Shown: one piece after another, positions 36,703 through 48,275 of the stretch
How the letters are laid out: the number at the start of each line of letters is the position of its first letter
Position numbering within the stretch: position 1 is the stretch's first letter
NCBI GenBank assembly: GCA_965235115.1
Contig: OZ249436.1
Span: 40,178,001-40,242,000 of the forward strand
Direction: 5' to 3'
DNA length: 64,000 bases
Source: Laetmonice hystrix
Lineage: Eukaryota
Notes under the pieces: generated by a model
What the model saw: the letters and a program-made list of their open reading frames with translations, nothing else
Databases searched by the model: none
What the model was told of the DNA's origin: nothing
Translations under genes and position numbers: made by a program

Positions 36703-37340
36703 TGTGAATACCCTTAGTCTGTCCCCCGAGTCAGGGCATCACCTGAGCTAGTCGTACCCCCTCAACTCTGAATACCCTCAGTCTGTCCCCGAGTCAAGGC
36801 ATCACCTGAGTTAGTCGTACCCCCTTAACTGTGAATAACCTCAGTCTGTCCCCGAGTCAAGGCATCACCTGAGTTAGTCGTACCCCCTTAACTTTGAATA
36901 GGCCTACCCTCAGTCTGTCCCCGAGTCAAGGCATCACCTGAGTTAGTCGTACCCCCTTAACTGTGAATAGCCTCAGTCTGTCCCCGAGTCAAGGCATCAC
37001 CTGAGTTAGTCGTACCCCCTTAACTGTGAATAACCTCAGTCTGTCCCCGAGTCAAGGCATCACCTGAGCTAGTCGTACCCCCTCAACTCTGAATACCCTC
37101 AGTCTGTCCCCGAGTCAAGGCATCACCTGAGTTAGTCGTACCCCCTTAACTGTGAATAACCTCAGTCTGTCCCCGAGTCAAGGCATCACCTGAGTTAGTC
37201 GTACCCCCTTAACTTTGAATAGGCCTACCCTCAGTCTGTCCCCGAGTCAAGGCATCACCTGAGTTAGCCGTACCCCCTTATCTGTGAATAACCTCAGTCT
37301 GTCCCCGAGTCAAGGCATCATCTGAGCTAGTCGTACCCCC
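36703..37340. repeat. 63-bp minisatellite (~10 copies) with a 321-bp higher-order repeat
   Basis: Unit ctgtgaataacctcagtctgtccccgagtcaaggcatcacctgagttagtcgtacccccttaa; diagnostic variants recur 321 bp apart. Confidence 0.95.
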
Positions 37341-37344
37341 TTAA

Positions 37345-37851
37345 AGGAAATATGCCACGGGGGGAGGGTATCGACCAAAATCTCCAGTTTTCTGCTTAAC
37401 TGCTCACCACTGACGTACTTTATGACACTAATTGTTTTTCATATTGATTCTGTTAGCACATACTACGAGTAGACAGCTGTGAAATCTTCCCTTATGTAGA
37501 AATATGAATAAAACTAGCTGCAGTGTCAGCAAAGTGCGATGAATCCGCCATTTTAGCTCCCTTTGGCTGCCGCGAATCGTTTGAATGGGTCCCATGATCA
37601 CGTGACTTTCGCTGTGATTACTCGAGATGTAAACACCCGCTATAATGGCCCATCCGCCGATAATGTGAAAAGGGTCAAAACTCAGCCGGCTGCAAATCCC
37701 GGGGTCTCAGAATCTAAGTGTGTTAATTTCAGTGACCGCATTAAGAATCGGCGATTTTTTAGGGGACCTTTGGGGCTTATCGGAGAACCGCAATGCAGAC
37801 ATATTTTCGCTGAAACCTGACGTATTATTTGAAATTCGTGATATTCTACCT
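37345..37851. mobile_element. TTAA-inserted Kolobok-like MITE
   Basis: Duplicates the TTAA of a 63-bp unit (ccccc ttaa...ttaa ctgtgaataccctc); imperfect TIR aggaaatatgccacg / cgtgatattctacct. Confidence 0.75.
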
Positions 37852-39477
37852 TTAACTGTGAATACCCTCAGGGCCTACCATGCATTGCACACTGCTCCAG
37901 CACAGCAGGTGCGCCGAATAATCTGTTGTAGGTCGTGCAGCAAAAATCGCTCTCCAATGTGATTCTTGCGGCGTGCTGCATGAGTCTCAGATAGCAGCTA
38001 GTATATGGTTAATAATTTATGAATGTCTGTCGTGAGGAGTGGAATGCAATTTCTTTGAATTTCCCCCTTCTTTCTTTCTCACTTTCATTTAAAACACGTA
38101 TGCTTACCTTATAATATCTAAAATTAAATCCCTATTGTCTGGAAATTAAATAGGCAAAAACTGGTAAACCCAATGTTGAAGCTAGGCCTAGACCTATCCT
38201 GTATGTACGGGATATGCCAGACTCGGGGGTCCTCCTAGATGCGCCTAGCTATAGCCTAGTCCCAGCATCTTGTAGATACTGTCCAAATCGCACATCGAAC
38301 CCTTTGGATCTTGCCAGATTAGGGGTGCTTTCGGCGGCACTTTTCGCAAGAAGACGCGTCGTTTCGCTGCCCATATATCGCCTGTGTCTGAATGCTAGGC
38401 GGTATTTTAAAAGGAAAGTCATGAAATATCCACCAAACCGATTTTCCTGGTTAGAAAAAGTGGTTTAGATTTCGCCCTAATCTGGCATGTTCAGGCAGAG
38501 ATCCAGCCGATGTTATGGATTGCTGGACCGTGGTCCCAGCTGGAGTAGCCAGGCGACCTAACTCAGGCGACATTGCGTGTTCACACAGAAACAGCTACAG
38601 ATATTTCGGTTACTAGCCGATAAACTGCCTCTCTCTAAACACAGCATAAGGCCGTTGCTAGGGCCCAGATTGCATCAAAGAGAACCCCGAAGTTCCAAAA
38701 CGTGTCTTTGCCCTGTGGGTGTCAGATTCAGTACGTTCTGAAAAAATATGCATTTTTTACGCATATTTGGTCTGTTGCTAAGGAGTTAATAAACCTTTCA
38801 GGCTGTTGCTAAGCACAAAATAACATAACATTATAATCAATAGTGATGTTATTTTCATTGTTTGCATGCTTGCCAACAGAATCTTAACGTTTCATAATAT
38901 CAGTTGGCAAACAAAAGATTCAGTTTCAACAAAGAAAAGTCATTCAGAAAAAGTTATTTCCATCCATTTCCCTTAAAAATTCCTATGGCCTGACGTGTCT
39001 TTGATGCTAACAAATATAGGTATGGATAGCTTTTCTGTTGCTAGGCAACATCAAAAAGCAAAAGTTACTCAAATACCCAATGCTAAGCTTCATTGCCTGT
39101 AGATGACATCGTTTGTTTGCCAGATTATTATTTTTTGAGCGCCCCCACCATTTGTTAGGGATCTGTGGTCTGTTGCTAAGGAGTTATGAAAGTTCAAACG
39201 TTGTTGCTAGGCAACGGGATGGAATTCTCCCAATATTAACATACCTATTTTAATCCTCTGGACCTACTGATGCTATATCTGTCACTTTTAATCAGGTTTA
39301 TCATAAGTATCATACCCGTTGCTAAGGAATTATAAAAAAACTAATCGGTTGCTAGGCAACAGAATTTTAACGGGTCCGACCACAGTCTGGAAAACAACAG
39401 ATTTGGATTCAGCACCCAAAAACCCTCCAGAAATACACTTTTGACGTATTTTTCTCAAAAATGCCTAGCATGCTTAA

Positions 39478-39980
39478 GGAGTATTACCATTACCAGAAGT
39501 GAAATGGCAGATGTCATGGTCACGGTTGGACCATGTTACCATGGAAACTCCTTGACTGATATGTATTTTCACACTTTAATCACCTAGGCGGGATTGTCTT
39601 TCATTTATAACAACATTTTCTTGTAGTTCTGGTGACAATTTACAGCTTAACAGGAAACGACAGGCTGTCAAGTCACTGTTTTTTTACGTATTTTCGAAAT
39701 TCAAAGCATGATTATATGACCTTGACCTTTCTCAAGGTCACCCAAATTCGTTCTGTCAGTAGAGCCATAAATAAAGGATGGTAAGCCTAGCTATTATACT
39801 TATGGAAACAGAGCGAAAGATGTCCTTTTTTGGGGTGCATCAATATTTTGATGAACTTTGACCTTTGACCTTTGACCCTGCTGTTTGTAATAAGTGGCCA
39901 GCTTGGCATCATGCATTTCCGTAACCCTGACAACCAGGCCAACAAAATGATATATGTCAACCTTTATTACTAATAAGCCG
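39478..39980. mobile_element. Left part of another TTAA element (right boundary uncertain)
   Basis: Begins at the same TTAA that ends the 35028 element; first 85 bp are the reverse complement of 27508-27592. Confidence 0.55.
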
Positions 39981-40055
39981 GTGTAGGTGTTCCTGTTTTT
40001 GAGGCCTCCTGCTGCAGCACTACAGGAACGATGCACCATAGCGCTACGTCACAAT

Positions 40056-40450
40056 AGGGCTGGCCAGTTCTCGTGTCCTAGATAGGCAAACATGCGAGAA
40101 AGAGCGAGAATGGGGATAAACAGAGGATAGTCTCGTCAGCTTAGCATTGCTACGCCCATAGGGACCAGCGACTGTCAACTTCAAAATATTTTTGCTCCCC
40201 AATGAGGGCACTTTGAGTCTTGAGCCTTACAAATATGATTAATTAACAAGTTTACTGAATGAAAAGGTACATTTCACATGTAAGAAGTATAATTTTTTAC
40301 ACTACAGCCTGATTTTAGAAATTGTTGTTACTGAGCCTATGTTAAACCTATGGGCAATTTGTGACGTCACATTGTTTGTCCCCAAAGCGCAAGTGGTTTG
40401 AGGCTATTTTACGTCATTTGCATATCCAGGACACGAGACTGTCCAGCCCT
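40056..40450 (+). mobile_element. Diverged AT-TSD MITE related to 21345-21746
   Basis: at|agggctggccagttctcgtgtcc...ggacacgagactgtccagccct|at; internal similarity (ccataggga, tggtttgaggctattt, cgtcatttgcatatccagg). Confidence 0.65.
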
Positions 40451-41503
40451 ATCGGTTACAATCATAGTGGGGCTAAAAATAATGGCGGACGGTGCTTCGC
40501 TTCGGCGGTTCAAACACTTCTAACTGCTAAAATACACCACTGAGGAAGGACGTCTAAACGTGATATAGGGGGATACAATATTGAACCAAACAATATCACA
40601 GACTTAGAATTGTTTAGCAAGGCCCTTCTTTTCTTAATCACTGACATTCCAAGCACTGTCGTCGTCGAGGTCGGCAGATTGGCAGTATGACACGCTAGAT
40701 GGTACGGTCTAGATCCTATACACTTTTGCCGCCTAGATCTATCTCGTTTTATTGAAAGATGCTTTCAAAACTGCATGTTTAGAAACTAGAAAGGGTGGTT
40801 GATGTTATTATAGTATGGGATTTTTTCGAAAAACTGTCTGGGGTCGGTAGAGGTCTAATCTAACGGAGCTTAGAAGTTGGAGGATCTGAACATCAGTCCT
40901 ACCGGCGTAGCCTATGTTGACACACTGAACACATTACACAGGTTCTTTGGTTGAGATCATTGTACAAACAACGCTCGCTACAAGTATAAAGGGGCTCTCA
41001 CACTGAACTACGAGTATGGTAGGGTTTTGCCGAGCTTGCAGAGTTGGCCAGCTCGTGAGATTTGTTACGAGTTGTTCAATGAGAGAGTGAGTACGAGCGT
41101 CTTGGAGTGAGGTACGAGTTTTCCGAGTCGTGTACGAGTGCAATACGATTATAGTACGAGAGTACTAAGAGTTCGCCCCGACTGCACCAGGAGTACCACG
41201 AGTTATCTACGAGTATACTACGACAGTACTAGGAGTCATATACGAGTTTTACGAGTCAGATACGAGTTATACGAGATATACGAGTAATATACGAGTTGAC
41301 TGCGAGCACATTAAGAGTTCCCCGACTCACATAGGCCTACGACTTTTACGAGTGTAGTAGGAGTGAGATAGGAGTATACTGCGAGCATATTACGAGTATA
41401 CTAGGACTTACCTACGACTTTGCCGTTCACAGGCAATTTGCATATTTCACTTTTCAGCGGGAAATTTTAAAAGTAACCTATATTGTCTCCATTCCCTGGC
41501 AAG

Positions 41504-41746
41504 ATGCTGGAGCGTCAGGACATGGTTGCCTCGATGATTTATCATCAGGCCCTACTTTATACGGCTATCGGCACGGCGATCATAAGGAAGAGGCGCCAGA
41601 GGCGTGTGCGAAGGGTCAGAAGGGTGTGGGTAAGGACGTGGCTGCTTCGCAGACCGGATTACGGTTTGTATGAGCACCTGATGGCGGAGTTGGCAGAGGA
41701 AGATAGACCAGGATTCCGCAACTTCCAAAGGATGGATCCAGATATG
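41504..41746 (+). pseudogene. N-terminal stub of a Harbinger (HARBI1-like) transposase
   Basis: RRVWVRTWLLRRPDYGLYEHLMAELAEEDRPGFRNFQRMDPDM, the typical pre-HTH N-terminus; truncated before the DDE domain. Confidence 0.85.
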
Positions 41747-41827
41747 GATGGGGCCAGCTTTTATATATGACCTGACCGCTGCTCGACGTAATCACGTGAC
41801 GACGCGCAGCTCGTAGATTATAGATCT

Positions 41828-42005
41828 CAGTGGCGGATCCAGGGGGGGTGTCGGCGACGTCCGGACCCCCCCTCAAATTTGCCAAATTTAATTTTTTATA
41901 ACCAAAATGCCTTTTGGTTTTACAACGGACCCCCCCTCGATTTGCCCTTTTTATGCTGGATCCCCCTCGGACCCCCCCTGAATATAGACCCTAGATCCGC
42001 CCCTG
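41828..42005. mobile_element. MITE, inverted copy of 19993-20169, nested in the Harbinger element
   Basis: cagtggcggatcc...gatccgcccctg; gatct on both flanks. Confidence 0.9.
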
Positions 42006-43670
42006 GATCTATGTCGTATCACACTCCGCAAGCTCGTGACATGCTCGGCATACTCGTACTGCAATCGTATCATACTCCCGCTTCACTCGGTTTGAAACTC
42101 TTATCAAACTCTGGAAACTCTTGGTAAACTCGTATCAAACTCGTACTAAAGTCTTGCCACTCGTACCAAGCTCGTATGTTACTCTTGTTTCACTCGTACT
42201 ATACTCGTATCTTGGTCCTGATAAAGTCGTACTTCACTCAAAGACATCGGCGAGCTGACGCAGTTACAAGTAACCCTTGGGAAACTCTTCTACCATTCGT
42301 ATTTTGCTTCTATTACGCCGGTTCAAACTCGGATACCTCGTACTTGACTCCCGTTAAGTCTTGTAACTCCTATCACACTCTGGGTAACTCCTACTGCTCA
42401 TACCACCTTCTTACCAAACTCGTATAACTCGTACAACTCGGCAATAAAAAATGGGAATACGAGTGAACTAAGACCTACCGGAGTGACGTACGAGCTAGGT
42501 ACGAGTTTAGTACGAGTATAGCACGATTGACCCCGAGTATGCCGAGCTTAGCTAAGTTTTGGACATGTTCAAAATGTTTCGCGCCGCCTCCCGGACCTGT
42601 CCGAGCCTCAGCGGACTTTGCCGAGTGTACTACGAGTGTAGTACGAGTAAACAAGAGTTGTGTACGAGTTTCACGAGTTCCCAACTCGGCGAACTCATAC
42701 TCCCCTCATAGTTCAGTGTGAGAGCCGCTTAACTCTGAGGAATATCGTTAAAAGGAATGCACCTTTGGAAACGTTATGATCTATGAAATAACTCTGGGTA
42801 CTTATTTGAATAGGTCGTCGCGACAAATTTTGCATGACAAGCACTTGTACGTTGTAGGTGGAAAGGGCGCAAGTTTTAAGACTTTTGTTGCTTTTTTGAC
42901 AATATTCAAACAGTAGTACAAAAAAAATTCTGGATAATATTAAATATATTTTATACTGTTCAAACCCTATATATTTCTTGTTTCATTTGCGATCAATTCT
43001 ATCAAGATTGCTCCATCATTAAACCGCCAGCGTATTTTGAACCAACTGAGGTACAAAAACCTAGGCTTTTTACACTGTCTGGGTAATTTTTCTATGCCAA
43101 CCGGTGGTGGCGCTGCGGCATACCTGACCTCTCAGCCTTGAAACAGTAGGGATGACGTCAGAGTCGGCGATCCATCTCCTACACATCTATGCGAAAACGG
43201 AAGTCCTTTCGTCGGACTATTAGGCAGCTTACTGATCGGAAATGAAAGATCTCATATGATTTCCTATACATTATACCATAATCTCTACATATGGCTCCAA
43301 GGAGAAAAGGAAACACTTAGGGGGCCTATATTGACTAAAGTGATATCAGGGGTTTCTATGGTCACATCAGTCTATCGTAATAGCAAACCGTTGCCTAGCA
43401 ACATACATGAATATTTAAATTTCCTTAGGAAAGGGCTGCTCCAACCTGATATATATATTTAAGAAGAGAAACCAGCACAAATCAGTGTCCAGCATTTCAT
43501 TGCTTATTTATCTAATCATATAGAATGTTACTGTTGCCTAGCAACAGAGTATGATGCTGCAGCTGAGATGACGTATTCCATAATAGGCCTATGTTGAAAA
43601 CTTCATGTCATGATGAACCAATATACCCCACCTGCCTGTAGTGATTAGGAACCTATACACCACACCTGCC

Positions 43671-44302
43671 TGTATTTTTCTTTTGAAATGCACGGGCATC
43701 AGGGGTAACCCAATTACTTTGACAATGTCCCTAAAGAGAAAAGTTGTATAGTCCTCTACAGGAATCGAACCCAGGCCCTAAGATTACTGCACCCATTCGC
43801 ATAGCATAAGGTGTCGACATCCATGCCCACTAGGCCACCGCCACTCCCCTAAAAAAAGGAGCTTTGGTGGTCGAGCAGGACAATGGACCCTCCCCCCTAC
43901 ACACATCTTTTTGAAATGAGACGGAATCCATATTTTCCTAGTTAGAGCTACACATGATTTCTACCGAACATTGACTGTTAAGGTAATCCTGGCACTGGCG
44001 TAGACTGTATTTTTCTTTTGAAATGCACGGGCATCAGGGGTAACCCAATTACTTTGACAATGTCCCTAAAGAGAAAAGTTGTATAGTCCTCTACAGGAAT
44101 TGAACCCAGGCCCTAAGATTACTGCACCCATTCGCATAGCATAAGGTGTCGACATCCATGCCCACTAGGCCACCGCCACTCCCCTAAAAAAGGAGCTTTG
44201 GTGGTCGAGCAGGACAATGGACCCTCCCCCCCCTACACACATCTTTTTGAAATGAGACGGAATCCATATTTTCCTAGTTAGAGCTACACATGATTTCTAC
44301 CG
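43671..44302 (-). repeat. 1.9-copy tandem of a 335-bp unit with tRNA-like Pol III A/B boxes
   Basis: Units start at 43671 and 44006; minus strand has TGGCCTAGTGG (A box) and GGTTCGATTCC (B box; GGTTCAATTCC in the second unit); no acceptor-stem pairing. Confidence 0.8.
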
Positions 44303-44856
44303 TGATTAGGCACCTATATACCCATCCTGACTGTAGTGACTAGGAACTTATATACCCCACCTGGCATTTATAACATTGAAATCGGGTAAGTATGCTTTTA
44401 CATTTCCACTCCGTTACTTGAAGCCATGGAAACCCAGGAGCAACTTTTTAAGTGACTTTTTAAGGTAGAGGAAGACTTTGAGGACATCAATGGGAATCAT
44501 CAAGTTCTGCCTCACTGCATGTTGGCTATGACCCATTTACTTGGAAAACACACCACTCCGTTACTTCGACCCCGTTACCATTTTGTAAAATGAAATACTG
44601 TTTGTACATTATATTTGACTTTATTACTTATTACATGTACACTTGGGTACAGTTCAGCGACCAGACACAAAGCTAATATAGTGTTACAAACACTATTGGA
44701 GGAGAGCAATAAAACAAAACTCTGATGAAGGCTGTCTTTTTGAATTTACAAGACAACTCTTGGTTGAGTGAGCCAGCAGATTGATGTGGATAGACTTCAT
44801 ATTTAGGGCCCGCCGGTAGGCAGGCCCGTCGGTCGTGACTAATCCCCCTTTCATCC

Positions 44857-45075
44857 CAGTCAGGGTGGGGTTGGAGGAATATGTGTATTCCAAACTGACA
44901 TTACTGAATTAGCTGTGCCACTAAACTGTAGGTGTAACTGTCCAATATACATGTTTTTGGATACTCCCCCTTGCCTCACAGTCAGGGTGGGGTTGGAGGA
45001 ATATGTGTATTCAGAACTGACATAACTGAATTAACTGTGGTTTTGAACTGTAGGTGTAACTGTCTAATGTATTTT
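44857..45075. repeat. Two diverged ~122-bp direct repeats
   Basis: cagtcagggtggggttggaggaatatgtgtattc...actgtaggtgtaactgtc occurs twice. Confidence 0.75.
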
Positions 45076-45509
45076 TGAATCTTACATGGGAGGAGAGCTG
45101 AATAAAAGAATACTTTGATTTTTGGCTGTGGAATTAAGGTGACATGCCAAAATTTGGTCAGTTGCACTTTGTTTCAGCCTGAGTCAAAAGCCTGGGGTGG
45201 ATGACATTCACACCCATTCGCCTTGTGTGACACTGACCTGGCTGGGCGCTTTTTGATACATGTATTGTGTCAGTTGTTCATGATGCCGATAACAGCTTTA
45301 AGGACTATACTATTTCATAATTGTCAAAGGGGTACTTAGTAAATTCCATGTAAATGAAAATACCCTCCAGAGGTAATGTCGGCACGGCAGTGTCAAGTAT
45401 ACCTGTGGAACAGTTGGCGGAATCACAGGACAGTCAAATGTAGGTTATGATAGAAAACCATTGGGGAAATGGGATCCTACCTGTATTGCTTGGCAATCAG
45501 AGTTTCTAG

Positions 45510-46200
45510 TTATCCCACTTCCCCCCCCCCCCCCCGAAGGGGGAAATGGGATTTTGAAATCACTTGTTATCCCACTTCCCCCCCGAAGGGGGAAATGGGA
45601 TTTTGAAATCACTTGGTTTCGTCTACACTATTCTTCTTCTGATTATTGGTGTAGTAAACTTTTTGCTGTTTCTCGGTTATCTATGGAGGTATCGTCATGA
45701 AACTTGCAGGGAACATTGATCATCCACTAAAATGATCACCTATTGACTGATTACGCCATTATGACGTCACGTCAATAACTTATGACGTGTTAAAGTTTCT
45801 CAAAGGAGGGCTCATTTCTTGATTTCTGGAAACGTAGGAGCTATCTCGATGATAGTTCCTAATTAGGCACTTAGGCATTAATCGTCATGCACCTGAATTT
45901 GACCTATTACCTTTGACCTTTGTGAGATCTAGGTCAAAGATGTTAAACAACTTAAATTGCATCTCCTCCCCCAATATTTTGCAATATGTAGCCAAAGTGT
46001 GCCTGAAGAGTCTCATAAGTTGGCTCTTTATTGGAACGATTTGAAGTTAGGAATTTGACCTATATTAAGAGAGTCACGTGACTTTAAAATTTGGCACTTT
46101 TGGCACTTTTTGCTGAAATTGCTTCGACGAGATAGGAATCATATATTTGGTCACTGGATGTGTGCTCCTATTAAAGATTGGTCACTTTGCATAACTTTTT
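45510..46200 (+). mobile_element. Possible Helentron/HINE-like non-autonomous element with a duplicated 5' end
   Basis: ttatcccacttccccc-gaa-gggggaaatggga stem-loop twice, then cttctt run, atgaaacttg and tgacctttgacct motifs; 3' end not located. Confidence 0.45.
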
Positions 46201-47821
46201 GCATAAATTTACCAATATTTTCTTATTTATGATAAAATATGTAATCTGGCGTAGACAGGCTCTATCTTCAAACGTGTGTATGATAGCCATCTACAAAAAT
46301 AACAGTTACAAAGTGTATAGAGTCAGGTATACCGCTGATCGTTTAGTTCTTTTCTCGGAAAGGTAATATGGTCAGAATTGTAAGTTTAATGGGTATAGTC
46401 TCCACAATAATATTTTTACCCTCTGGCGGTTAGCATCTCTGAATACACAAAGCGCCTGCTGTGAGCCGGCCGCCTCTCCCAGCCCCGTGTTGGCAGGGTT
46501 GCGTAACTGCTGCTGATAAGGTCGGGGTGTCAGGGTGCGTTGACGGACGCTTGCTGGGAACAGACTTAATAAGCTGGCGCGGTGCATTGTGGGATGGGGA
46601 TTTGGGTTAAGAACCCAAACAAACGCACGTGGTCACCGCTGGTACGCCTGAATAAGGTAAGATGGCGGAGGTGAATTTGAAGATTGACGGAGAAACTGGC
46701 AAGTTAGAGAATTTTGAGGGATTGAAGGTGGAAGATTTGATGTCATATTGTTGAAGGAGAGGTCTAACTGACAGTCTGAGACGGAAGAAAGAATTTTCTG
46801 CGCTAAGTTAATCCAGCAGGAGTAGAGAAAGTACCGATTGTCATGACGTGATAAGAGGAGAGGCTTTCCTTGAGCTGTCAACTGTCGACACTGCTAGTCA
46901 TTGCATTAAAATGTTAGGCCTAGATCCGAACAATGAGTTGAATCATGGATGGTTGGACGAAGATTTAGGATGATCAATTGTTTATCCCGTTTTTGTGTCT
47001 GCTAGGTTCCGTTTTTTTCAATTGGAAAGGGGTACCTCGCCCGCCTCAGACCGACAGTGAGTGAAGCCACAGCTAGGCATAGGCCTACCTTGGGCTTTGG
47101 CGCACGGCGGGCCCGGGCGGGTGTGCGGTTAGGAGCTCGGTAGTCGTCCGTTACTAGGTCCATGCCTTTCTCCGGGCCCCGCGCAAAGCTTGCCCGCGAT
47201 GCTCGGCCCCACCCTCCGTCCCGCAGCCGATTTCAGCCATAAATTTCATACATTTTGAAGCAGAGTTTGCCAAGACTTAGTCGAAAACAGTAGGCCTATG
47301 AAATGACAAAAAGACGAGACAGGGCGAGCCTGGGGCACTGACAGAAGGCAGGGCGGGGGAGAGGGGGGTCGTGTTGACGGACTTGAGCTCACTTGCTCCC
47401 CGCCGCGACCGGCTCGCAGGTCGGTCATGCGTGGCTGCCGGGAGACAGTCAGTGTATCCAAAGTCATATTTAATAAACTTAGCAATAAATCATTATCAAA
47501 TTTGCCATGCCTAAAGGTTAATATGTTCTACCGCTATGAAAAATATTTTTAGTGATTGGGCCCGATAAATTTTGATGAAATGCGCGAATGAGTAGGATAA
47601 AGTAGGATTGACACGTCACTCGTTGAACATGCTTCCCTGGGGTTCCGTTTGGGTTCCGTCAGTCGTGACCTTGGTCAAGGTCGAATCGCCAAGCATACGC
47701 ACTCGTAACTCCGAAATGGCTTATTCTGTAAATTTTTCTCACCAGTTGTTTGAACACAGTGTGTATAGTAGGCCCTAGGGCCTAATTGTCCCGGGGGGAA
47801 TGTCTGCAGTCCATTCCACAA

Positions 47822-47982
47822 CAGGCACGTACCCAGGGGGGGGTTCCAGGGGTTCCGGAACCCACCCCCCCCCCACCCCCTCCGGTCCCCAGGTCGACTG
47901 GTGCAAAAACACAGGTAGCCCCCGGGCAGCCCTCTCGTCCTGATGGAACCCCCCTCTAAGCACAATCCTGGGTACGTGCCTG
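47822..47982. mobile_element. CAGGCACGTACCCAGG MITE, 5-bp TSD
   Basis: Perfect 16-bp TIR; cacaa on both flanks. Confidence 0.85.
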
Positions 47983-48275
47983 CACAAGACAAAGGTGCCC
48001 AAATCTTGACATTGCTGTTCAATGACGTCCTCATTCATAACAATGACATGAATGTCTGTCTCACACGATCTGTCTCACACGATTTTTTCAGCCGATAACA
48101 CAAGCGACAGCTATCGCTTCTGTTGTCGGCTAGTGTGTCGTGGCTGTCGCCAGGAATTCTGTCGCTTGAGCTGTCGTAACTTGGCCCGACAAATGCAGCG
48201 ACAAATATTCAACATGTTGAATAGGCTATTTTCCTGTTGCTGCGAAAAGTCAAGCGATAAATGCGCCGACAGAAC

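Larger units (their letters stand above)
35028..39473. mobile_element. 4.4-kb long-TIR non-autonomous element with TTAA TSD (Kolobok-like)
   Basis: ttaa|gcatgctaggcatttttgag...ctcaaaaatgcctagcatgc|ttaa; ~750-bp near-perfect inverted arms. Confidence 0.9.
40990..42729 (+). mobile_element. PIF/Harbinger deletion derivative
   Basis: taa|aggggctctcacactgaacta...tagttcagtgtgagagccgct|taa; many TACGAG/CTCGTA subterminal motifs. Confidence 0.9.

Noticed and set aside
36703..37340. 63-bp periodicity resembling a CRISPR repeat-spacer unit
   Set aside because: The whole unit is repeated; there are no variable spacers.
43748..43850. Functional tRNA gene on the minus strand
   Set aside because: A and B boxes are present but no acceptor stem or clear anticodon arm; treated as a tRNA-derived repeat.
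46740..46870. Minus-strand LLLLD*LSA resembling a LINE reverse transcriptase motif
   Set aside because: Too short, interrupted, and no neighbouring RT motifs.
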